64,000 bases of DNA from an uncultured Nitrospinaceae bacterium (GTDB lineage Bacteria > UBA8248). The first letter of the stretch is position 1. Each line of letters opens with the position of its first letter. The notes below the pieces were generated by a model. The model was not told the DNA's origin. It saw only the letters and a program-made list of their open reading frames with translations, and did no database searches. Location of the stretch: assembly GCA_964005815.1 (NCBI GenBank), contig CAXFSR010000009.1:32001-96000 (forward strand). The letters are read 5' to 3'. Of this stretch, positions 50,131-60,489 are shown in pieces. Made by a program: the position numbers and the translations under genes.

Positions 50131-51351
50131 TTATTTAAGTTTGGGACCGTTGCAAACTTCTTTTGCGGCGGTCGCAAACATTGATGCAGCATGAATTAAA
50201 TTTTTTGCTGGAACTCTTTCATTAGGCAAATGCGCCTCAGATATAAACTCACCAGGTCCAAAGAAAACTCCAGGAATCCCATTTTCTATGAATAATCTAA
50301 GAGCCCCTGGAGATTCTATTCCAGGTAGAAATTCGTTTTCAGTTCCTCTTACAGCCGGGACCACTCTTTTCATTAGTTCTACAACTGGTTCTTCCTCTAA
50401 GATTTCTGTTACTTCTCTTGCACCACTTGGGATTATTTCCAGAGTGGCATCTATTTCAGGGTCTTCTGACTTTAGTTCTTCTATAATTTCTTCTAATTGT
50501 TTTTTTACTTCAGATGATTCTTGTCCTGGAATCATTCTTACGTCGAAAGTAGCGCTTGCTCTTCCTCCGACAACATTGACAGCTGAACCTCCTTTAATTG
50601 TGGAAAATGTCAGTGTACAAGGACCTAGAAAAGGATCTGGTTCCGGGGCAATACGGTTTGCTTGAAAAGCGTCAATAATTTTAGCCAATTTTTCGATAGC
50701 ATTGATCCCTTTTTCAGGAACGCTTACGTGAACTGATCTGCCACGAACTTTGATTTCGAAGAAAATGCGACCCTTAAAAGAACGGATAACATTGTTGCTT
50801 GTGGATTCTGTATATAAAACCATGTCACCATTTAGTTCTTTAAGAATTCCGTTGTTTACCAGAGATTGTGCGCCATAAAAATCTCCATGTTCTCCGTCGG
50901 ACAATAGCACCCATGTGAGTATTCCAGGGAGTTTAATCTTTTGTTCTTGGATAGCTTTAAAAGCACCGATGGTTGATGCAAGAGCTCCTTTCATATCGGC
51001 AGCTCCTCTTCCCCAAATTTCATCTTCTACTAACTTCCCACTAAATGGTGGGACTTTCCAAGATTCAATTTCGTCCGGATGAACCGGAACAGTATCCATA
51101 TGTCCGCCGATGACAAAATGTCCTGCATCGGGATTTCCGTCACCTGTTTGTATAATGAAATTTGGCATTCCTTTTTCATATTCATATGTTTTGATATTGC
51201 TGATTCCAATTGATTGCAGTTCTTTTAGAATCTTTTCAGCCACATCAGAACAATCTCCTGGAGGATTCTCTGCGGGGATTTGTATAAGTTCTTGTGCAAG
51301 TTCGACAACGTAATTTTCATTTACCTCAATTGCATTTATTTCTTCTGCCAT
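50131..51351 (-). CDS. M20 family metallopeptidase/deacylase (ArgE/DapE-like)
   Basis: GHMDTVP, GRGAADMKG, GRSVH and AHLPNE. Confidence 0.9.
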   Translation of the reverse strand: MAEEINAIEVNENYVVELAQELIQIPAENPPGDCSDVAEKILKELQSIGISNIKTYEYEKGMPNFIIQTGDGNPDAGHFVIGGHMDTVPVHPDEIESWKVPPFSGKLVEDEIWGRGAADMKGALASTIGAFKAIQEQKIKLPGILTWVLLSDGEHGDFYGAQSLVNNGILKELNGDMVLYTESTSNNVIRSFKGRIFFEIKVRGRSVHVSVPEKGINAIEKLAKIIDAFQANRIAPEPDPFLGPCTLTFSTIKGGSAVNVVGGRASATFDVRMIPGQESSEVKKQLEEIIEELKSEDPEIDATLEIIPSGAREVTEILEEEPVVELMKRVVPAVRGTENEFLPGIESPGALRLFIENGIPGVFFGPGEFISEAHLPNERVPAKNLIHAASMFATAAKEVCNGPKLK

Positions 51352-51366
51352 GTGTTACTCCTGAAA

Positions 51367-52488
51367 TTAAAAGAATTGTTGTAATTTTTCTGGTGTCTTT
51401 AGTCCACTACCTGTTACTGGAATAACAATAATATCTTTTTTAGAGATTTTATTCGAATCTAAAAGTTCTTTTAGACCTAAAAATGGAATTGCACATGTAG
51501 GTTCCATTAAAATTCCTTGTTTTGCAAAATATTTTAAAATCAATCCAATTTTATTTTCTTCAACGGCAAATAATTCCCCGTCTGTTTCATGAACAGCCTC
51601 AATAATTTGTTTCCAACGTACAGGTTTGCTTACACTAATTCCATCAGCCAAGCTAGAATTTAATCTTATTTCAGGGATTTTTGTAAGTTTTTGATCCCAA
51701 ATTTGGACTAGTGGCGCACAATTTTTGGTTTGAACAGCATAAATTTTTGGTAATTTATCTGAATAACCTGCATCCATCAGTTCCTTAAATCCTTTGTAAG
51801 CACCTATAACTAAGGAACCGTGACCTACTGGAATGATAACTGAGTCAGGGACTGTTTGTTGCATTTGTTCCCATAATTCAAAAGCCCATGTTTTAGTTCC
51901 ATGATTAAACCAGCAGTTCCAAAAATGACTAGCATAGAAACAATGTTTAGTTTCTCTTAATGCAGCTTCAGTAGTTGATTGTCTGGGACCTTTTATTTTT
52001 TTTAGATTCGCACCAAAAGCTGAGATCTGCATACATTTAATTTCCGAGGTGTTATCGGGCACGTACATGTCACATTCAATATCTGCAAGTGATGTGTATG
52101 CAGCTATTGATGCTGCGGCGTTTCCCGAAGAATCGCCTAAAACTTTTTTGATTTCCCACTCTTTTAATTTGCTTGCTAGTACAGTTGAACCCCTATCTTT
52201 GAAAGAACCTGTTGGAAAAAAGAAATCTAGTTTGCATTGGATTTCCATTTTTGCGAAAGGAAAATCCCTCAACGGAGTCATTCCTTCTCCAAGGCTAATC
52301 TTATTTTTTATATTCTTCAGAGGAATAGATTCTTTATATCTCCAAAGGCTCGATTCTCTTGAACCAAGCAACTTTTTTGGAAAGATATTTTCTATTTTTA
52401 TATCTAGAGTGCCACCACATTCGCATCTCCATCGTGGTTCTTCATCAGGAAACTCAACGTCGCAGCTTGTACACTTTAGTGATGACAA
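51367..52488 (-). CDS. Threonine synthase-like PLP enzyme (fold type II)
   Basis: N-terminal CxxC...CxC, LGEGMTP, PTGSFKDRG, SSGNA and TGSGLK. Confidence 0.85.
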   Translation of the reverse strand: MSSLKCTSCDVEFPDEEPRWRCECGGTLDIKIENIFPKKLLGSRESSLWRYKESIPLKNIKNKISLGEGMTPLRDFPFAKMEIQCKLDFFFPTGSFKDRGSTVLASKLKEWEIKKVLGDSSGNAAASIAAYTSLADIECDMYVPDNTSEIKCMQISAFGANLKKIKGPRQSTTEAALRETKHCFYASHFWNCWFNHGTKTWAFELWEQMQQTVPDSVIIPVGHGSLVIGAYKGFKELMDAGYSDKLPKIYAVQTKNCAPLVQIWDQKLTKIPEIRLNSSLADGISVSKPVRWKQIIEAVHETDGELFAVEENKIGLILKYFAKQGILMEPTCAIPFLGLKELLDSNKISKKDIIVIPVTGSGLKTPEKLQQFF

Positions 52489-52630
52489 ACTGTAAACTCC
52501 CTATAAAAAATCTCTAGGTATTTGCTAAATAGAATAAAAGATATTTTCATTTGAACATATTTTGATAATATTTGTTATGCTTGCAAATCATATATTTTTA
52601 TAACTATTAGACTTTTTTGTGAGGGTGAAA

Positions 52631-54526
52631 ATGCTTTCTCGGTATGAGAACGAATTTTTAAAATCTTTAGATGAATCTGAAAAATATTGGGCTGATGCTG
52701 CAGAAGACTTATTTTGGCATAAAAAATGGGATGTAGTTTTAGATAGTTCAAATCCCCCTTTTTATCGATGGTTCCCAGGTGCGCAAGTCAATACTTGTTA
52801 TAATTGTGTAGATCGTCATGTCGATGAAGGCAGAGGAGAACAAGTAGCTCTAATATATGATAGTCCTATTACAGGAGCACCAATTCAAAAACTAACATAT
52901 CGGGAACTTTTAGAACAGGTTTCGAAATTTGCGGGTGGTTTGCAGGAAAATGGAGTGCAAAAAGGAGACCGAGTTTTAATTTATATGCCTATGGTTCCGG
53001 AAGCAGTGATTGCTATGCTCGCTTGTGCAAGGGTTGGAGCAGTACATTCTGTAGTTTTTGGAGGGTTTGCTCCAAATGAATTGGCTACTCGTATAGATGA
53101 TGCTAAGCCAAAAATGATAATCTCTGCTTCTTGTGGAATTGAACCATCTGGAGTGATTCCATATAAACCTTTACTTGATGAAGCATTAAATCTATCTGAG
53201 TTTAAACCTAAATGTTGCGTAATTTTACAAAGAGAGCAAACTTTAGCGACTATGAATAATGCCTTAGATATCGATTGGAATGATTTTATCGATATATCAG
53301 AAATGACCGACTGTGTCTTGGTTGACTCTACAGATCCTCTCTATATTTTATATACATCAGGAACTACCGCTCAGCCTAAAGGTGTAGTTAGGGATAACGG
53401 TGGTCATATGGTTTCTTTGAAATGGTCGATGAAAAACGTTTACAATATCGAGCCTGGTGATGTGTTTTGGGCAGCATCAGATATAGGATGGGTTGTAGGA
53501 CATTCTTATATCGTATATGGACCGCTTCTTCATGGATGTACTTCCATTTTATTTGAAGGAAAGCCAGTAGGAACTCCGGATGCAGGAGTGTTTTGGAGAA
53601 TAATTTCTGAGCACAAAGTAAAGGCTTTATTTACTGCACCTACAGCTTTCCGTGCGATAAAACGAGAAGATCCAGATGCAGAATTAATGAAAGATAAAGA
53701 TCTCAGTTCGTTTGAGACTTTATTTCTTGCAGGTGAACGTTCTGATCCTGATACTGTTATGTGGGCAGAACAAAAAATTGGTGTTCCCGTAATTGATCAC
53801 TATTGGCAAACAGAATCAGGTTGGCCAATGTTAGCAAATAGTATCGGCATAGAGAAATTGCCAGTTAAATATGGGTCTCCTACTAAACCAGTCTCTGGTT
53901 TTGATTTCTCAGTATTAGATCCTGAGTGTAGGGAGGTAGAAAGAGGAGAAATGGGTTCTCTCTGCGTAAAATTACCTCTTCCTCCCGGTTGTCTTTTGAC
54001 TTTGTGGAATGCAGATGACAGATTTATTGATTCTTATTTAAGTGAGTTTCCTGGTTTTTATAAAACTGGGGACGCAGGTTATATGGATGAAGACGGTTAT
54101 GTTTTTGTAATGTCTCGTACTGACGATATTATTAATGTTGCTGGCCATAGACTTTCTACAGGTGCTATGGAAGAAGTCTTATGTTCACATCCTGATGTTG
54201 CAGAATGTGCTGTAGTAGGTATTCAAGATAATTTAAAAGGGCAAGTTCCGATGGGGTTCCTTGTACTAAAATCTGGCTCCGAAAAGACAAATGAGGTAGT
54301 TATTGAAGATGTAATAAAATTAGTTCGTCATCAAATAGGTGCTGTAGCTGCTTTCAAGGAAGCTATAGTAGTTAAACGTTTGCCAAAGACGCGTTCAGGA
54401 AAGATTTTAAGGGGAACTATGTCTAAAATGGTAGACGGTGAACCCTATAAACTTCCTGCCACTATAGATGATCCGTTAATCTTAGAGGAAATAAAGGCAT
54501 CTCTTACTGCAAATGAAAAAAAATAG
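52631..54526 (+). CDS. prpE: Propionyl-CoA synthetase (acetate/propionate-CoA ligase)
   Basis: YILYTSGTT, FLAGER, DHYWQTE, RTDDIINVAGHRLSTG and PKTRSGKILR. Confidence 0.85.
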   Translation: MLSRYENEFLKSLDESEKYWADAAEDLFWHKKWDVVLDSSNPPFYRWFPGAQVNTCYNCVDRHVDEGRGEQVALIYDSPITGAPIQKLTYRELLEQVSKFAGGLQENGVQKGDRVLIYMPMVPEAVIAMLACARVGAVHSVVFGGFAPNELATRIDDAKPKMIISASCGIEPSGVIPYKPLLDEALNLSEFKPKCCVILQREQTLATMNNALDIDWNDFIDISEMTDCVLVDSTDPLYILYTSGTTAQPKGVVRDNGGHMVSLKWSMKNVYNIEPGDVFWAASDIGWVVGHSYIVYGPLLHGCTSILFEGKPVGTPDAGVFWRIISEHKVKALFTAPTAFRAIKREDPDAELMKDKDLSSFETLFLAGERSDPDTVMWAEQKIGVPVIDHYWQTESGWPMLANSIGIEKLPVKYGSPTKPVSGFDFSVLDPECREVERGEMGSLCVKLPLPPGCLLTLWNADDRFIDSYLSEFPGFYKTGDAGYMDEDGYVFVMSRTDDIINVAGHRLSTGAMEEVLCSHPDVAECAVVGIQDNLKGQVPMGFLVLKSGSEKTNEVVIEDVIKLVRHQIGAVAAFKEAIVVKRLPKTRSGKILRGTMSKMVDGEPYKLPATIDDPLILEEIKASLTANEKK

Positions 54527-55169
54527 TTTTTATTTTCTATCTATATTGGTTGTAGGAATTATTTTATTTTTTTATGCGAAAATCATTTATGTATTTATGG
54601 AAGAGGGGTGGCAACTCCTTTTGTCCGGTAATCTTGCAGAATTAAAGGAATATATCCTTTCATACGGTTTTTGGGGACCTTTTGTTTCATTTCTTCTTAT
54701 GATTTTACAAACATTAATAGCACCACTTCCTTCGTTCCTAATTACTTTAGCAAATGCAATGATCTTCGGTCCTGTCTATGGTTTTTTCCTTTCAATTTTT
54801 TCTGCAATTTTTGCTTCATACGTTGCATTTTATATTTCTGCTTGGTTTGGACGTCCTTTCTTATGTGCTTTAAAGACAAGTCGTAAAATTGATGAATTCG
54901 TAACACAACATGGAGGAAAAGGGATTTTTATCTTGCGGTTATTTCCCATTATTTCTTTTGATTTGGTCAGTTATCTTGCAGGTCTAACTTCGATTAATCC
55001 CCTGAAATTTGGCGTTGCTACTTTACTAGGAATGGTTCCAGCGACTCTCGCATTTTCTATTCTTGGGGCATCATTTGCTGCAGCAAATGTATGGCTCACC
55101 GCAGCAGGTTTTCTTCTTCTTCTTTTGTTGATTATTGTCGGAATTTATGGGAAAGAAAAATTTTATTAA
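54513..55169 (+). CDS. TVP38/TMEM64 (DedA superfamily) membrane protein
   Basis: LQTLIAPLPS, LRLFPIISFDLVSYLAG and ATLLGMVP. Confidence 0.88.
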   Translation: MKKNSFYFLSILVVGIILFFYAKIIYVFMEEGWQLLLSGNLAELKEYILSYGFWGPFVSFLLMILQTLIAPLPSFLITLANAMIFGPVYGFFLSIFSAIFASYVAFYISAWFGRPFLCALKTSRKIDEFVTQHGGKGIFILRLFPIISFDLVSYLAGLTSINPLKFGVATLLGMVPATLAFSILGASFAAANVWLTAAGFLLLLLLIIVGIYGKEKFY

Positions 55170-55684
55170 AGTTTTCTTAAAAATTTATTTCTATGTCTTT
55201 CTCTTTTTGATAATTTTCGAGGATTTCCTTTTTTCTTTGTGTCGATTTTTTGATTGTGCAAAGGAGTTTCCTCTGAATAGTGTTCTTCTGTAATCAAAGT
55301 TGACAATAAGATACGATCTGCAAATTGTTCAGAATAAAAGAGAGTATTTACATACGGTTCTGCATTTTTTCTCAATTCTTTGTCCGAAGTCACCAAAATT
55401 GACCCCTTATATTCATTTTTTACCATTTTTACAATTAATTCATCTGCAGTTTCTCCCCTTGAAAACGTTATGCTAATGCCCCTAGGAGGTGTATTCCTTT
55501 TGTCAAAATGTTCTTTTTGACCATCAAAAACAATAGTTATTGGATAAATATCTTTTTTGCTGGAACGATAAGTATTTAAAAGTCTTACAAGGCTATTTCT
55601 CGAAGATTCTAAATCCCGGTCTAATTCTTCTGCTATTAACGGGATTGTATGAATTAGGTTGTATCCATCAATTAATATTTTCAC
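55166..55684 (-). CDS. NYN/YacP-like PIN-fold nuclease
   Basis: LIDGYN, IVFDG, TADE and VTSDKEL. Confidence 0.85.
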   Translation of the reverse strand: MKILIDGYNLIHTIPLIAEELDRDLESSRNSLVRLLNTYRSSKKDIYPITIVFDGQKEHFDKRNTPPRGISITFSRGETADELIVKMVKNEYKGSILVTSDKELRKNAEPYVNTLFYSEQFADRILLSTLITEEHYSEETPLHNQKIDTKKKGNPRKLSKRERHRNKFLRKL

Positions 55685-55877
55685 TACTTCTTTCCAGTTG
55701 GGTTAATTTATAGTTGTCTTGAAACTCCAAGCAGAAAAAACGTTTACATAGTAGCATAATCCTAGATTAGGGAGACCTATTTGATTTTTTTTTTTATTTT
55801 TTGCTTTTAGATAATTTACAGATTGATGTATATTTTCTCAACATTTTCTATTTCATAATATGTTTTGGAGGAAACTG

Positions 55878-57149
55878 ATGCCTAAACCTTCTTATCACCC
55901 TAATCCTATTCGGGGTGGGGGTAACGATGCTTACACTGGTGTTGATCATGTGCTAAGCGAACCTTGGCCGGAAGAATGTCATAATACACGTCTAGTTGCT
56001 CATTCAGACTTAAACGGATGGGGAGACGCTTTTCAGATACAGGTTGGTGGAGGAATCTGCTATGTAGCTGCATCGGGCGTAAATGGACATGATGGGATGA
56101 CTATTCTTGATGTGAAAGATCCAAAAAATCCTAAAATTATTAATCAATTGGTTGATAGCCCTGCGGCAAGAACTCATAAGGTTCTTCGTATTAATGACGA
56201 AGTTCTTCTTACTAATAGTGAGATTCGGCCAGCTTTCAAGGATGATCCTGAAGTAGTTGGTGGTTTGCGTATTTTTGATAATACAGATCCTTTCCATCCA
56301 AAATTTGTGAATTATATCGAGACAGATGGATTTGGTATTCATAGACCTATTTATGATAAAAATAGACAATTGCTTTATAGTTCCGGTTTTAAAGATGGCT
56401 TCGATGGAAAAATTCTTTTAGTTCATGACATGAAAGATGCATGGGCTCCTGAACTTATTGGTTTAGGATGGATTCCGGGACAAAAACATGGCGAAGACCC
56501 ATCTTGGGATGTAGATATCGTAGGAGATGGCGCGTGGATACATGAAGGAAACCCATTCGGAAATTATGTTACTGCTGGTTATTGGGATGCAGGTATCGCT
56601 ATGTTTGATTTGACAGATCCTTCTAATCCAGAGTTTATGTGGCGTCAAAATCCCCATGAATCACATGGCTGGCCTGGATGTTACCATTCATTTTTAGTTC
56701 CTCCAGGTTCAGAGTTTGCCATTGTCACACATGAAACTACAACGGTGAATTGTGATGATCCTCCTGCTTTTGTAACTTTTTATGACATGAGAGATATTCA
56801 TAATCCGACCATTTGCAGTACTTTTATGCCACATGAAATTGATCCTATAGAGATGAGACCTATAGATAAAAAATGGAGCCAAACTGGGTCGCGTTATGGT
56901 GCACACAATATATGGCTCGGTATGGAAAAAGATGATCTCATGTATATTTGTTGGTTTAACGCTGGACTTAGAATTGTAGATTGGTCTAATCCATTCAATC
57001 CTAAAGAAGTAGGGTATTATCTTCCAGAGGGCAATAAAGAAAGATGTTGTCCCCAGAGCAATGACGTACAGGTCGACAAAGAAACAGGATTAGTTTATAT
57101 GGCAGATAGATGGGGATTAGGTTTACACATAATTGAATATACAGGTTAA
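55878..57149 (+). CDS. LVIVD-repeat beta-propeller protein
   Basis: Repeated blades GMTILDVKDPKNP, GLRIFDNTDPFHP, GIAMFDLTDPSNP and GLRIVDWSNPFNP; start after GGAGG. Confidence 0.85.
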   Translation: MPKPSYHPNPIRGGGNDAYTGVDHVLSEPWPEECHNTRLVAHSDLNGWGDAFQIQVGGGICYVAASGVNGHDGMTILDVKDPKNPKIINQLVDSPAARTHKVLRINDEVLLTNSEIRPAFKDDPEVVGGLRIFDNTDPFHPKFVNYIETDGFGIHRPIYDKNRQLLYSSGFKDGFDGKILLVHDMKDAWAPELIGLGWIPGQKHGEDPSWDVDIVGDGAWIHEGNPFGNYVTAGYWDAGIAMFDLTDPSNPEFMWRQNPHESHGWPGCYHSFLVPPGSEFAIVTHETTTVNCDDPPAFVTFYDMRDIHNPTICSTFMPHEIDPIEMRPIDKKWSQTGSRYGAHNIWLGMEKDDLMYICWFNAGLRIVDWSNPFNPKEVGYYLPEGNKERCCPQSNDVQVDKETGLVYMADRWGLGLHIIEYTG

Positions 57150-57180
57150 ATTTCACTCTAATTTATAGGGATCCGAGAAT

Positions 57181-58407
57181 TCAGCTTGGGTCCCTATTTA
57201 TTTTTTTGCAAGCGATTCTAAAAACTTCTTCTACAGTTATTGACTGCATACAGAGATTATTCTCGCATTTCGTATTTCTATGATTAAATGCTGTAAGGCA
57301 AGGTGAACAGGGTAGCCCTGCGTAAACGATTGTAGTTCTATCTCCTAACGGAGACCATATTTTTGGCGAACCTGGTCCAAAGAGAACGATACTCTGAATA
57401 TTAGTAAGAGTTGCAAAGTGTGCTGGTCCTGAATCACAAACAATCAGAAGGTCACAAAAATTAAAAAGATCGACTAATTCAGTGAAATTCGTTTCTCCAG
57501 TAAGATCTATACATCTGGAATTTTCTAATTCTTCGATAATTAATTTAGATACTTCTTTATCTTTTTTTGTTCCAGTGAAAATTATGAAATTGTTTTCGTC
57601 CTGAAGTAATCTTTGACCAAGTTTAATATAGTTCTCTGATGGCCAGCCTCTGATAGGTAATTCTCCAGCACTAGGTGCCATAATGATGAATCGGTTTGAG
57701 CGAGAAACAGACATGTTTCTTGCTTTAAATTTTCTCCAGATATTGTTTAAATTTTCTTCTGTAGAGGAATGGATTGGTAGTTTGATTTCACCTTCTTTTT
57801 CTATTTCGGCAATTTCTGGAGAATGTTTCTCCGGATCTTTTAAAACTTTTGGAAAAGAAAGGAATGTTTTGCTAATATGTTGAGACCAGTTGAATTGTAA
57901 TTCGTGTGTAAGTAATCTTCCTCTATAAAGTCCTTCCATCTTATACTTAAAAAAACCTACTTTTTTCTTTGCATTTGATAGAAATGTTAAGATAGACGTG
58001 ATTCTAGTAAAAAATTCAAGGTCAAAAACTACGTCGAATTTTTCTCCTCTTATCTTAGACAAAATCTTCATTGCGTCTTGAAAAAGAACAAGAAAGGAAT
58101 CGTCCCTAATAGTGTAAACATTCTCAGCATCTATTATTCCAAGTATATCAACACTAGGTCTATTTTTTTCAAAGATCAAGAAAGATATCTCCGACTCCGG
58201 ATACTTATTTTTTATATATCGCATTGCTGGATAGGCTAAAATTGCACTACCCATTTCAGAAAGTTCTATGAATAGAAATTTTTTTGGTTCTTCAAGTAAA
58301 ACTTCCTTTTTCCAGAATAAACTGTTGATTTTATTGTAGATAGATAGAATGAAACAGATTGGAATACCTATCCAATAATCTATTCTTCTTGCAGGGGTTA
58401 TATTCAT
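57181..58407 (-). CDS. Glycosyltransferase family 9 (ADP-heptose:LPS heptosyltransferase-like)
   Basis: LSEMGS, DLTGET, CDSGPAHFA, LFGP and CSPC...C...C. Confidence 0.88.
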   Translation of the reverse strand: MNITPARRIDYWIGIPICFILSIYNKINSLFWKKEVLLEEPKKFLFIELSEMGSAILAYPAMRYIKNKYPESEISFLIFEKNRPSVDILGIIDAENVYTIRDDSFLVLFQDAMKILSKIRGEKFDVVFDLEFFTRITSILTFLSNAKKKVGFFKYKMEGLYRGRLLTHELQFNWSQHISKTFLSFPKVLKDPEKHSPEIAEIEKEGEIKLPIHSSTEENLNNIWRKFKARNMSVSRSNRFIIMAPSAGELPIRGWPSENYIKLGQRLLQDENNFIIFTGTKKDKEVSKLIIEELENSRCIDLTGETNFTELVDLFNFCDLLIVCDSGPAHFATLTNIQSIVLFGPGSPKIWSPLGDRTTIVYAGLPCSPCLTAFNHRNTKCENNLCMQSITVEEVFRIACKKINRDPS

Positions 58408-58420
58408 ATTTTTACAATTC

Positions 58421-60358
58421 CTAGTTAAGTACTTTTTTTAATGCTTCCAAGAGTTTTTGATTGACCTTGCCACCAGTTTCCTGCGCTTTTTTTACCTCTA
58501 TGAAAGAGCGTTTATATTTTTTTTGTTGAAAATAAATTATCGCACGGTTTGCGTAAATTTGCCCAATTTTATTATTTATAGAAAGTGCACGATTATAGTA
58601 TTTGAGAGCTTTGCTATTTTTAAAACTTATTTGATAAGCATACCCTAGGTTGTAAATAAAGTTTGCATTTGTAGGTCTCAATGAGATTGCTTTTTTGAAA
58701 ACTGCTACAGCTTTTTGATTTTGTTTCTTTAAAAGGTACACTCCGCCAAGATTGTTAAAGGAATCGCTGTTTAAGGGATTTGATTTTATTGATAGAAGAT
58801 AATCATTAATAGCACGTGTGTATTCTTTTCTGTGTTTAAATAGCTTTGCTCTATTAAAGTAGGCATCGGATAGAGAGAGGTGATTTTCTCTTGAAAGCAT
58901 TTTTTTGTCTGAAAGATATAGTCGAATAGAAAGATTGTAGTCCTTCATTGCTTCATTAAATTGGTTCAATTTGTAGAATACTATTCCCCTGTGGTTATAG
59001 GCTTTTGGAAAAAAAGGACTTATTTTAATTGCCTTATTAAGATATGGGAGAGCTTCTTGGTAATTTTTCTGTTTGAATTTTAGAAACCCTAGGTTGTCAT
59101 ATGCGTGTGGAGAAATTTGAACATTTTTAACGCAGTGACTCCAAAGACTCATTTCGTTTTCCCATATTGGAACCTGTACAAAAAAATTCCAAAAAGACAA
59201 GAAAAAAAGCATAAAAGAAATAAATACCCATTTCAATCTAGATTGAAACGTATGTAGTATGCATCCTATAAAAATAGAGATTCCTAACATAGACATATAT
59301 ACATATCTATCTGCTACGTTTGACCAATCTTGAAATGTGAAATTTATAAAGCCAGATACAGGGAGAATACCTATGCAAAAAATACCCCAAGAAACTGGCA
59401 AAAAAGGAAATTTGTTTCTATATCTCCAAATAAGATAGGAGATCAAGAGTGGAAAAATCCAGGATAAATGGAACCAGTATTCTGACATTATACGAATTGG
59501 TGTAAGTCCATATGTAGGTGCAAGAGAGAAAGGAACAATTATCTTGAAAAGATAAAAGGAAATGCTGGATAGATAGATAAATGGCTTTATCCAAAAAGAG
59601 TAAAGCTGTGTATTGCCTTGCCCTGAAGAAGTTACAAGTACAACGAAAAGTACAGGAAGAAACCACGGCGCTATACGAAAAAAGGAAAATTTAATTTTTG
59701 TTTTGTATATATAAGATTCAAGAATGATTATAAATAAAGGAATAACTGCGGAAGAGGGTTTGGAAAGAAGGGCAAAGATAAAACAAAGGTAGCCACCAAT
59801 GTATCTAAAAGAGAGAAATCTTTTGTATTGAGTTTCATGGTTTATTGACACACTATGCAGATAAAAAATCACTGATGAAAAACCAAAGAAAGTTGCAAGC
59901 AATCCTCGAGTTTCAGATATCCAAGAAACTGTTTCTGTCTGGAGTGGATGAACTACAAAAAAAATGGTTGCTGATAAAACAGCAAAACTATTTTTAATGA
60001 TTTTGGACAGAAGAAAGAAAACTAAAAATCCATTCAGTGTATGAATAGCAATATTCGAAAAATGAAAAACAAACGCATTCATATCTGCAGAAGAAAAAAA
60101 AGAACGGAAAATTTCTATACTTCCCCAGAACGTGTAGGGTACAGGAACATACATTCCAAGAAATTGGTTTTTCCAAAAGAATAAAATCGTCTTAAGAGAT
60201 GGAGGATTTAAAAAGGAGTTTTCAACAATATTTTTTCTGTCATCCCATACAAAATCAAAATTCAATGCTTGGGAATAGACTAGCCCTGATATAATTGATA
60301 AGACAACGAGTGCAGGCCAACGTTTTGAAAAAAAGACATTTTCTTTTAAATTCGACAT
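58421..60358 (-). CDS. TMTC-like GT-C membrane glycosyltransferase with C-terminal TPR repeats
   Basis: FVWDD, HPLQTETVSW, LLSK, ADRYVY and WENE..LW, followed by TPRs. Confidence 0.8.
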   Translation of the reverse strand: MSNLKENVFFSKRWPALVVLSIISGLVYSQALNFDFVWDDRKNIVENSFLNPPSLKTILFFWKNQFLGMYVPVPYTFWGSIEIFRSFFSSADMNAFVFHFSNIAIHTLNGFLVFFLLSKIIKNSFAVLSATIFFVVHPLQTETVSWISETRGLLATFFGFSSVIFYLHSVSINHETQYKRFLSFRYIGGYLCFIFALLSKPSSAVIPLFIIILESYIYKTKIKFSFFRIAPWFLPVLFVVLVTSSGQGNTQLYSFWIKPFIYLSSISFYLFKIIVPFSLAPTYGLTPIRIMSEYWFHLSWIFPLLISYLIWRYRNKFPFLPVSWGIFCIGILPVSGFINFTFQDWSNVADRYVYMSMLGISIFIGCILHTFQSRLKWVFISFMLFFLSFWNFFVQVPIWENEMSLWSHCVKNVQISPHAYDNLGFLKFKQKNYQEALPYLNKAIKISPFFPKAYNHRGIVFYKLNQFNEAMKDYNLSIRLYLSDKKMLSRENHLSLSDAYFNRAKLFKHRKEYTRAINDYLLSIKSNPLNSDSFNNLGGVYLLKKQNQKAVAVFKKAISLRPTNANFIYNLGYAYQISFKNSKALKYYNRALSINNKIGQIYANRAIIYFQQKKYKRSFIEVKKAQETGGKVNQKLLEALKKVLN

Positions 60359-60489
60359 GCGATATATCTCAAAAAAATTTACTTTATTCCTAAGGAATAG
60401 ATGTTCTATATAAATTATTCGAATATTGTATCAGATTTTTGATATTGGTTAGCACACACATTGCAATGGTAAAATAATTTCATCTCATC

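Noticed and set aside
55785..55802. Poly-T tract (11 T) upstream of the LVIVD gene as a phase-variation site or terminator
   Set aside because: Homopolymer runs are common in this AT-rich sequence and there is no strong preceding stem.
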